A DNA stretch of 64,000 bases from an archaeon (GTDB lineage: Archaea > Nanobdellota > Nanobdellia > Pacearchaeales > GW2011-AR1), in assembly GCA_043821585.1 (NCBI GenBank), contig JBDRCQ010000015.1, forward strand, positions 135,341-199,340, given 5' to 3'. Under the pieces are notes generated by a model. That model was not told the DNA's origin. It did no database searches and saw only the letters and a program-made list of their open reading frames with translations. The number at the start of each line of letters is the position of its first letter. Within the stretch, counting starts at the first letter, position 1. Shown here one piece after another: positions 43,597-50,398 of this stretch. Position numbers and translations under genes: made by a program.

Positions 43597-44337
43597 TTAG
43601 GGTTTTGCGATTTTCCAAAGGATATTAAATATCTGTCTATAAGAATCCGCTAAATGTTCATTGTTGATTATTGTTGTCACAGGATTATCCGCCCAAACAA
43701 CAAAAGCAACTTTTGTCCCGTAGATGGTCGTTTCGGTTAGAGGCTCAAATTCTTCATCGAAGAAACGCAGATCAATGATTTCTTTCGGTACAATCTTCTT
43801 CCAGTCTTTTAGAGATTTGTGAAATATCATCCTTGCTTTTATCCCGTTTTCTATTTGTTTAAGATGGATGTTCTGCCAGTAATAATCACCGATAAGGGTT
43901 TCAGATTCTTTTGGACTGCCAAAAACCAGATAGTTTGTTTTGTTGTGGATTATGTCTGAATAAATTTGTTTTATGCCGGTCAGACCGCGGAGCACAACGG
44001 CAGTTTCCTGAGTGTAGGTACGTCTTTTAGACTCAATGTTCTTTACTAATTCCCTTGCTATCTTTTCCTGGTCTTCAAGTTCATCTTTCTTTTTTTTAAT
44101 GAATTCTATAATGGACTCTGGCTTTTGTATTTGATAAACTCGTTTTTTGCCTTCTATAACTCTTGAGACAATTCCCTTTTCACATAATCTTTCTAGTGCT
44201 TGATAGACATTTGCCTTGTAAAACCCTGTTGATTCTATTAGGGGTTGAACTTCCGAAGCGCCTAATTTCAAAAGAGAAAGGTAAAGTGTGGCTTCTGATT
44301 TAGATAGCCCTATCTTCTTTAAATCTTCTGTCTTCAT
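43597..44337 (-). CDS. TrmB-family transcriptional regulator
   Basis: LKKIGLSKSEATLYLSLLKLGASEVQPLIESTGFYKANVYQALERLCEKGIVS plus a coiled-coil and a C-terminal TrmB-type domain. Confidence 0.85.
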   Translation of the reverse strand: MKTEDLKKIGLSKSEATLYLSLLKLGASEVQPLIESTGFYKANVYQALERLCEKGIVSRVIEGKKRVYQIQKPESIIEFIKKKKDELEDQEKIARELVKNIESKRRTYTQETAVVLRGLTGIKQIYSDIIHNKTNYLVFGSPKESETLIGDYYWQNIHLKQIENGIKARMIFHKSLKDWKKIVPKEIIDLRFFDEEFEPLTETTIYGTKVAFVVWADNPVTTIINNEHLADSYRQIFNILWKIAKP

Positions 44338-44406
44338 AGTAGTAATATTATACTACTACTTATATAAATATACCCCTGATGGTGTTACTATTTTGTAAAG
44401 GTAAAT

Positions 44407-45072
44407 ATGGGAGACTATAACCAGTTTGCAGAAGAGTATGCCGAAAGAACGGCGGAGTTAGAGAAGCAAACGAGAGAACATTTTCGTTCATTATTGCCAG
44501 ACGTAAGGGGCAGGAATCTCCTTGATGTTGGGTGTGGCTCTGGAGAAGATGCAGTTTATTATGAAACGCAGGGGGCTAAAGTTTGCGGCATAGATATTTC
44601 GGGGAAAGAGATTGAAATGGCTCGAAATAGAGTGCCTGCTGGAGAGTTTCATGTTGGGGGAATGGAGAATTTGCCTTATGGTTCTGGGAAGTTTGATATT
44701 GTGACTAGCGTTTATGCCTTACAAGCTTCTCATGATGTTCCTGGGTCGCTTGGGGAGATGGTTCGGGTGGCCAGGCCTGGAGGATTGATTCTCGTACTTG
44801 CTAAACATCCTACAAGAAATTTAATTGAGGGGTGGCAGAATGATGGAAGGAAGGACTATTTTGGAGGGGGAATTGTTACATCGCACATATTTAATGGAAC
44901 GATAACTCTTCATGAGCCTGGGCACACAATACAGGAGTATCTGAATCCTGGGCTGCTTAGGGGTGCATGTTTAGAAGTCTTTGAAGAACATGTTGATTTT
45001 CCTGCGAGCGAACAGGTTATCCCTGGGTTGAGGTATCCAACTTATTTTATTATGGGATTGAGGAAGAAGTAA
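44407..45072 (+). CDS. class I SAM-dependent methyltransferase (Methyltransf_11-like)
   Basis: LLDVGCGSGEDAVY, GIDISGKEIEMA, FDIVTSVYAL, RPGGLILV. Confidence 0.85.
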   Translation: MGDYNQFAEEYAERTAELEKQTREHFRSLLPDVRGRNLLDVGCGSGEDAVYYETQGAKVCGIDISGKEIEMARNRVPAGEFHVGGMENLPYGSGKFDIVTSVYALQASHDVPGSLGEMVRVARPGGLILVLAKHPTRNLIEGWQNDGRKDYFGGGIVTSHIFNGTITLHEPGHTIQEYLNPGLLRGACLEVFEEHVDFPASEQVIPGLRYPTYFIMGLRKK

Positions 45073-45077
45073 TTCTA

Positions 45078-45126
45078 TTATTCATTCAACGTCGCATCGC
45101 CGGGTTTCCATTCGACTTTGTAGCTG
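45078..45126 (-). pseudogene. relic of a peroxiredoxin 3' end
   Basis: The minus frame reads ..YKVEWKPGDATLNE-stop, compared with the intact Prx C-terminus CPIEWKPGEKTLNAS. CCGGGTTTCCATTCGAC compared with CCAGGTTTCCATTCGAT at 45875-45891. Confidence 0.4.
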
Positions 45127-45456
45127 TTAAGCAACTTCCACTTTCTCACCAAGCAACTTATCAGTTTCTGCTTTCGTTAAGTCTTTGTCCAACTGGATGA
45201 GTTTCTTGACGAAGAGATTATTCTTATTGAGTTTGAATAGTTTGGCATTGCCGATTGCTCGTGTTGATAGGATTATTTGTTTGTCAAGGAGTTTTTTCCA
45301 GATGACTGTGAATGCAGACCAGCCAACTCCTGCGCCGCGAGCTACTTCTGTCATTGCGTAGTCGAAGTCTTGACCTTGTATGAGGAAGTCCAGGACTTTT
45401 ATGTACGGCGAACTTCCGAAATATTCTACAAAGATGCTTTGTGTTTCTTCTTCCAC
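45127..45456 (-). CDS. winged-helix DNA-binding protein
   Basis: YIKVLDFLIQGQDFDYAMTEVARGAGVGWSAFTVIWKKLLDKQIILSTRAIGNAKLFKLN (HTH plus wing). Confidence 0.6.
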   Translation of the reverse strand: MEEETQSIFVEYFGSSPYIKVLDFLIQGQDFDYAMTEVARGAGVGWSAFTVIWKKLLDKQIILSTRAIGNAKLFKLNKNNLFVKKLIQLDKDLTKAETDKLLGEKVEVA

Positions 45457-45579
45457 GTTTCTTGTTGCCTATAGAGATATTTAAACTTTTCTGTTTTATT
45501 AAGTTAAGTTATTATTTTGGTAATTACTAAAACGGAGCGGATTAGAAAAATATTTAACGATGTTTTTGTTTATTAGAGA

Positions 45580-45837
45580 ATGATTGAGGATGATATTAGG
45601 AGGTTTATTTTGAGGAAACTTGTCAGGCATAGAATGTGGGTGCACAAACATACGAGCATTCATAATCTCCCGAAAGGTTTGCCAGATTATTTGAGAAGCC
45701 GGAAAGATGTTAGGAAAGTAATTGATGGGATGATCAAAGAAGGTTTTTTGTTGACAAAGCCAACAAATTATGGGTTGGAAGTTTCATTGAATATTCAAAT
45801 GAAGAAAGAGATTGAGGAGTTTATTGGGCTTGATTAA
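45580..45837 (+). CDS. hypothetical protein, possibly winged-helix
   Basis: ORF. KVIDGMIKEGFLLTKPTNYGLEVSLN resembles a recognition helix plus wing. Confidence 0.4.
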   Translation: MIEDDIRRFILRKLVRHRMWVHKHTSIHNLPKGLPDYLRSRKDVRKVIDGMIKEGFLLTKPTNYGLEVSLNIQMKKEIEEFIGLD

Positions 45838-45847
45838 TTGATTAGGA

Positions 45848-46378
45848 TCAAGAAGCGTTGAGCGTTTTCTCTCCAGGTTTCCATTCGATTGGGCATAAAC
45901 CGCCCGTTTTAAGTGCTTTCAGCACGCGGAGAGTTTCTTCAACGCTTCTGCCGACGTTATTGTCGGATACGACTATGTATTTTAAAAATCCGTCAGGATC
46001 TATTATAAAAGTGCCCCTTAGGGCAGTTCCATCATCTTGAAGGACGTTGAATTGTTCTGATATTTTATGAGTTGAGTCTGAAATGATCGGGAATTTTACT
46101 TCTGGCAGGTCGCGTTCGAACCAGGCCTTGTGGGAGTGAACTGAGTCTGTTGATGCGGCAATAATTATGGCGCCTTCTTTTTCGAATTCGCCGGCGTGTT
46201 TTGCGAAGCTGCGTATTTCTGTTGGGCAGACGAACGTGAAGTCCAGAGGGTAGAAGAAAAGGACAACCCATTTACCCTTGTAGTCTGATAATTTTCCATT
46301 TGTGAAATTGCCAACGTGGTAAGCATTGAATTCAAAATCGTTTACTTGGTCTCCTACTTTCATGTATGATGTTAACAT
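45848..46378 (-). CDS. peroxiredoxin (AhpC/TSA, 2-Cys type)
   Basis: KWVVLFFYPLDFTFVCPTEI, SVHSHKAW, LRGTFIIDP, and a C-terminal GGLCPIEWKPGE. Confidence 0.9.
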   Translation of the reverse strand: MLTSYMKVGDQVNDFEFNAYHVGNFTNGKLSDYKGKWVVLFFYPLDFTFVCPTEIRSFAKHAGEFEKEGAIIIAASTDSVHSHKAWFERDLPEVKFPIISDSTHKISEQFNVLQDDGTALRGTFIIDPDGFLKYIVVSDNNVGRSVEETLRVLKALKTGGLCPIEWKPGEKTLNAS

Positions 46379-46412
46379 GTGTTATATAAAAAGATTTTGT
46401 TAACAGAGTTAA

Positions 46413-47108
46413 TTAGAGGATCCCTGTGAACATCAAAATTCCTAGGACAATGAGGATTAGTGCTTCTATTAAGTGAAGATAGCGAATGTTATTTTCTTTC
46501 CAGCCGGAGACTTTATCGACTGTTGTGAGGCCGAAATAAATTATTAGGGTTATTGCGACCATCGGCAGGATAAAGATTAAGTTGTATAACAACAAGAGTG
46601 GAAGGGTTTGGTAGAATGAGAGCTGTGAAAGATTGCCTGAGGCGATTATGTATGGGCCGATTGTGCAGGGAAGGAGAAAGACTGTTACGATTATGCCGAT
46701 AAGAAAAGCCCCCCAAGGAGAAGTCGCTTTGTTGATAATGGATTTGACCTTTGGTCTCATGAACAATGGCATCTCTGTTCCAACGCTTCCGGGTTTGTAA
46801 TAGAGGAAATCCTTCAGGTTAAGAAGTCCAAGTAAGATCGCAAGGACCCCAAAACCCCTGAAGACATACATGGAGGTTTTCCCAGTTTCTGGGATAAAAT
46901 GAGAAAAAAACTGAATGAGAATTGCGCCGTATATGAAATAAAGAATGAAAACTGCTAGTGTAAACATTAGGCCTCCCGCAAGAACCTTTGATTTTTGAGT
47001 TGGATTCTTAAATAAGAGTGCTGTCAGAATGATTGCCATTACTGCGAGTGCGCAGGGATTGACTGCATCGACCAGAGCGAGGGAGATTGTTGTTGTTAAG
47101 ATTGACAT
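46413..47108 (-). CDS. CcdA/DsbD-family thiol-disulfide electron transporter (membrane)
   Basis: ALVDAVNPCALAV and FLLPCTIGPY Cys-containing TM motifs. About 6 TM segments. Confidence 0.8.
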   Translation of the reverse strand: MSILTTTISLALVDAVNPCALAVMAIILTALLFKNPTQKSKVLAGGLMFTLAVFILYFIYGAILIQFFSHFIPETGKTSMYVFRGFGVLAILLGLLNLKDFLYYKPGSVGTEMPLFMRPKVKSIINKATSPWGAFLIGIIVTVFLLPCTIGPYIIASGNLSQLSFYQTLPLLLLYNLIFILPMVAITLIIYFGLTTVDKVSGWKENNIRYLHLIEALILIVLGILMFTGIL

Positions 47109-47109
47109 T

Positions 47110-47457
47110 TTAACACCTTGTTAGGTTTTTTAGCTCGTTTAGTTCTTGAACGCCTCTGTGTTGCTCTCCATTAATTATCCAAGTGGGCACAGAGACTATT
47201 TCATTGCTTATGCATTCTTGTTGGTTTTCTGAGCAATCAATCGGTTCAAATAATTCCAGGTAATCTCCGAGCAGTTCTTTTTGATGAGCGCAATGGCCGC
47301 AGGTTTTGGATACATACAATGTTGAGTGGTCTGCTATGCATTGCATTGTTTCTCTCGTTACGTCTTCTTCATTTGGCCAGAGTAGAAATATTGCTAAAAT
47401 AATCAAAACAATTACTGCACCAAAGATTAGATTAGATTTATTCTTTTTCATTTTCAA
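47110..47457 (-). CDS. membrane-anchored thioredoxin-like protein (CxxC)
   Basis: N-terminal TM, KTCGHCAHQKELL active site, VPTWIINGE (cis-Pro loop). Paralog of 60712-61089. Confidence 0.75.
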   Translation of the reverse strand: MKMKKNKSNLIFGAVIVLIILAIFLLWPNEEDVTRETMQCIADHSTLYVSKTCGHCAHQKELLGDYLELFEPIDCSENQQECISNEIVSVPTWIINGEQHRGVQELNELKNLTRC

Positions 47458-47722
47458 TTTTTATGGCCTTGCCATTCACAAGTGCATCCGTGACTTTCTT
47501 CCTTGCTTCTACTAGAAGGCGGTGAAGTGTTGGTTGAGAGATTTTCATTTGTTCTGCTGCCTCTTCTTGACTTAGGCCTTTTAGATTGTTTAGTCGCAGA
47601 GCCTCAAGCTCATCTTGCTTTATTGTAACTTCCTCGAGGGTTTTAAGAGGAATCCCTGCTGGTTTGAAATAGGTTACAGCAGGGTTAAAACAAATTCTCC
47701 TTCTTAATCTTGGACGAGGCAT
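47438..47722 (-). CDS. DUF134/UPF0251 family HTH protein
   Basis: MPRPRLRRRICFNPAVTYFKPAGIP...LEALRLNNLKGLSQEEAAEQMKISQPTLHRLL is the family signature. Confidence 0.8.
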   Translation of the reverse strand: MPRPRLRRRICFNPAVTYFKPAGIPLKTLEEVTIKQDELEALRLNNLKGLSQEEAAEQMKISQPTLHRLLVEARKKVTDALVNGKAIKIENEKE

Positions 47723-47756
47723 TTATGAATAAAAATTCATAAGTTTTTAAATTTTT

Positions 47757-47927
47757 TTACTCGTTTTGGCCTTTGCGGACGTTGGAGCGTCCTCTACCAA
47801 AACCCCTACCAAGTCCTCTGCCTCGGCCGAATGCGGCTGCAGAGGGTTTTGCTCCCTTGCAGTCTCCCATTCCCCTACCGGTTAAGGGTCCTTTTCCTTC
47901 TGGTCCTGTTCCATCAAATTTGGGCAT
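47757..47927 (-). CDS. DUF5320-family small protein (56 aa)
   Basis: Not in the ORF track. MPKFDGTGPEGKGPLTGRGMGDCKG... followed by an RG-rich tail. GGAAGG lies upstream of the ATG. Confidence 0.7.
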   Translation of the reverse strand: MPKFDGTGPEGKGPLTGRGMGDCKGAKPSAAAFGRGRGLGRGFGRGRSNVRKGQNE

Positions 47928-48081
47928 TTTTTTACCTTCCTGTCGCGTGAGCGACTTATTTAGTTATGAATCTATATTCATAATGATATATAAATGTTTC
48001 TATTTTGCTGAACCGCAAGCTTTAAAAACCGTCTGGAATATGAAGGCGGTTCGATTTTTACGAAAAGAGCCAAAATGAAAC

Positions 48082-48465
48082 GTGACAAGAAAAACACTCA
48101 GAGAATTTATGGAAGGAGCCCTAAATAGGGATTCGTGTGACTTAGCTAGCGATAGAAAGACTGAACTGAAGAGTGTGCTTGGTGCGTTGGTTCCCGAGAG
48201 AGATCCAAATTCGCTGTATTATTATTTCTGGCCGGCCCGTAAGATTACTAGTGGCAGGGCAAGGAACCTAATCCAGGCTTACTTTGGGGCGGAGGGGTAC
48301 AGATGCATAACTCTTGCAGAAGATATGTATGCATTTCATAAACCTGATGAGCTAGTGCAATTGGTTTCTGTAAACCGAGAAGAGATTGGAGGAGACGAGC
48401 TTATTGTAGTATGTGAAAGTGAAATTCAATCGAAAGGGGGTGAAAATAATGAGTGGACTAATTGA
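48082..48465 (+). CDS. hypothetical protein (GTG start in the track)
   Basis: ORF only. Confidence 0.35.
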   Translation: MTRKTLREFMEGALNRDSCDLASDRKTELKSVLGALVPERDPNSLYYYFWPARKITSGRARNLIQAYFGAEGYRCITLAEDMYAFHKPDELVQLVSVNREEIGGDELIVVCESEIQSKGGENNEWTN

Positions 48466-48634
48466 ACTTCTGAGGGATGAGGGAACTGGCAGATTGGACG
48501 TGAATGGTTGGCCGAAAGGACTTGTTGAAGGAACTGTTAGAAACTATAGGGAAAGCTGGGAAGATCCTAAAGAAAAAGCTCAAGCTGTTAAGTTGATAGT
48601 TTATACTGCTGCGGCTTATCTGGCGCTGTGCTAA
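48449..48634 (+). CDS. hypothetical small protein with a hydrophobic C-terminus
   Basis: The ATG is preceded by GGGGGTGA. Overlaps the previous ORF by 17 nt. Confidence 0.4.
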   Translation: MSGLIELLRDEGTGRLDVNGWPKGLVEGTVRNYRESWEDPKEKAQAVKLIVYTAAAYLALC

Positions 48635-48670
48635 CATAATGTTTATTAATTTGTTTTTTCATGTTTTCAG

Positions 48671-48946
48671 ATGTTAACTTTGGCTGAAATTAATGAAGCT
48701 ATGGAGGACCTTGATGATTGGTCTCTTGAGGGCGAGGCGTTGAGTAAGGTATTTTCTTTTGGAAACTTTAGAGAATCTGCCGAGTTTGTAAGTAAGATAT
48801 CTGAGCCTGCGGACAAATTGAATCACCATCCAGACGTTATGATTAATTATAATCAGGTTAGATTAAAGTTAACTACGCATACTGAAAATGCGCTGACGAA
48901 GAAAGATTTTGAGTTGGCTAGAGAGATTGATAAATTAAGCAATTAA
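48671..48946 (+). CDS. pterin-4-alpha-carbinolamine dehydratase (PCD/DCoH)
   Basis: DDWSLEG, F.F.NF..S..F, LNHHPDVMINYNQVRLKLTTH. Confidence 0.85.
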   Translation: MLTLAEINEAMEDLDDWSLEGEALSKVFSFGNFRESAEFVSKISEPADKLNHHPDVMINYNQVRLKLTTHTENALTKKDFELAREIDKLSN

Positions 48947-49176
48947 CGGAGCGTGTAACCTGTGCTCGTCTCTGCAGCCACTATTCTGCTTGCTACTGCA
49001 TCAATTTCGATTCGAGATGGCTCGTGACCATGGTCTGCTACATACCTGCAGATTACTGCCATTCGAGTTTGTCCTGATGCTTCTCCTGCTCTGAAGTGAG
49101 CAAGCAAGTCTCCAGACGCTACTGGTGATTGGTATTCCTTACGTGTTGATTCGGTTGGTGTCATCAAGTATTTCAC
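48943..49176 (-). CDS. hypothetical protein
   Basis: ORF only. Confidence 0.35.
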   Translation of the reverse strand: MKYLMTPTESTRKEYQSPVASGDLLAHFRAGEASGQTRMAVICRYVADHGHEPSRIEIDAVASRIVAAETSTGYTLR

Positions 49177-49253
49177 TAAGAGGTGGTTTTTAAAGTTAAC
49201 GGAGTTGACAGGTTGTTGAATAATTTTATAAAGCCGGCTGGAAGGAGAATGTT

Positions 49254-49505
49254 ATGGCTAGTAAAATCAGAGCAAGAGGGTACGACGAGGGTCCGGACAG
49301 GAGAGATTTTGTAAATTCTTTTGCTGTGCATACCGGGATTTGGGATGACATGAGCTCTGGACAGATAGGCCTTCTTTATAGGCCCTATCGGGGTGATGCG
49401 GTGAGAGCCGCCAGGGACTATTCTTCTGCGAGAAGAACTCTTGGCAAGGCTAGCAGAACAGAAGTCGTAGGATATATGCTGTTCTTAGCAAAGGGAGAGA
49501 TTTAA
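49254..49505 (+). CDS. hypothetical protein
   Basis: ORF with GGAAGGAG upstream. Confidence 0.4.
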   Translation: MASKIRARGYDEGPDRRDFVNSFAVHTGIWDDMSSGQIGLLYRPYRGDAVRAARDYSSARRTLGKASRTEVVGYMLFLAKGEI

Positions 49506-49529
49506 ATAACTAAACCGGCTTTTGAGTAA

Positions 49530-49781
49530 ATGTTAATCGAGGTTGTTGTATTATTGTTAGCGATTCTAATTGGATTTTTGATTGCATATTGGGCAAACGA
49601 CGAACTGGTTGCTGGGAGAAAGTGGTTTAGGGTTATAATAGGGGTTTCCATTGTTGTTGGGGGATGGTTTGCTTTTCAGGGGAATTGGTCGGTTGTTTGG
49701 ACCTGCGGGTTTATAATGATCGCGACAGGGATCTCTTGTTGGAAAAGTTTTGATAAGAATTGGGTTAAGAAAAGAATTTAG
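49530..49781 (+). CDS. small 3-TM membrane protein
   Basis: Hydrophobic segments. Confidence 0.45.
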   Translation: MLIEVVVLLLAILIGFLIAYWANDELVAGRKWFRVIIGVSIVVGGWFAFQGNWSVVWTCGFIMIATGISCWKSFDKNWVKKRI

Positions 49782-49841
49782 TGAAACTCTGGGGTAGTAA
49801 CATTTAGAAAGATTTATATATGTTTAGAATTGTTGGTTTTT

Positions 49842-50201
49842 ATGCGATTTGGAGACATTTACAAGGCAGCTAGAAGGGCCGTCGGGCTTGACAGGCAGAG
49901 AGAGTTATTACTTGTAAAGGGAGTTTCTCATGGACAAAGAGGCTCTGGAGCATCGGCCCAATGGGCGACCACTATAAGAGGAGTAAATGGGCTTGATGAG
50001 ACAAAACGCGTTGGGGTTACTGGCCTTATGGAGGTCGAAAGAGGCGATTTGATGGTTTATAGAAGAGGGCCACTGTTTGGACAGGGTACAAAGTATGATT
50101 ACCTGACTGCAATGGACCCACATGTTGTGAGGATTAGAAAAGCCGGATGGGAATTTGCCCCTAACGGGCCAGGGTTTAGATGGTACAAAACAGCTGAGTG
50201 A
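49842..50201 (+). CDS. hypothetical protein
   Basis: The ATG at 49842 is 25-26 nt from the centre of TATA ATTTATATAT (49812-49821). Confidence 0.4.
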   Translation: MRFGDIYKAARRAVGLDRQRELLLVKGVSHGQRGSGASAQWATTIRGVNGLDETKRVGVTGLMEVERGDLMVYRRGPLFGQGTKYDYLTAMDPHVVRIRKAGWEFAPNGPGFRWYKTAE

Positions 50202-50205
50202 AAAG

Positions 50206-50215
50206 TTTTAAATAT
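50206..50215 (+). promoter_or_regulatory. BRE/TATA (GAAAAG-TTTTAAATAT) upstream of the Ile-rich uORF
   Basis: Centre is 25-26 nt upstream of the ATG at 50236, the same spacing as at verified-looking genes in this window. Confidence 0.45.
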
Positions 50216-50235
50216 CTTTGATTTCTGAGTTTTGT

Positions 50236-50289
50236 ATGGCTGGAATAAGAAACCGAGTAAGCGTTATTTCTGTAGCCATTATTATCTAA
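50236..50289 (+). CDS. candidate 17-aa Ile/Val-rich leader peptide upstream of ileS
   Basis: ATG GCT GGA ATA AGA AAC CGA GTA AGC GTT ATT TCT GTA GCC ATT ATT ATC TAA encodes MAGIRNRVSVISVAIII. Confidence 0.3.
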   Translation: MAGIRNRVSVISVAIII

Positions 50290-50368
50290 ATTAGCGAGAC
50301 TCTCGCGCCCTTGAAATGTTTTCTCAATGTCTTTGTCGGCAACTGAACACGTTTTTCCTAATGGCAAG

Positions 50369-50378
50369 TATTAAAAAT
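50369..50378 (+). promoter_or_regulatory. TATA box for ileS
   Basis: TATTAAAAAT centred 25-26 nt upstream of the ATG at 50399. Confidence 0.5.
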
Positions 50379-50398
50379 AGGGGGAAATTTAGGTTAGA

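Noticed and set aside
47773-48078. The 101-aa plus-strand ORF in the track.
   Set aside because: It is a Pro/Leu-rich translation antisense to a minus-strand 56-aa ORF that carries the clear DUF5320 signature (MPKFDGTGP..GRGMG.C) and an SD sequence.
50176-50367. The 63-aa minus-strand ORF in the ileS upstream region.
   Set aside because: It has no promoter or SD signal and poor coding character. The plus strand carries two correctly spaced TATA boxes.
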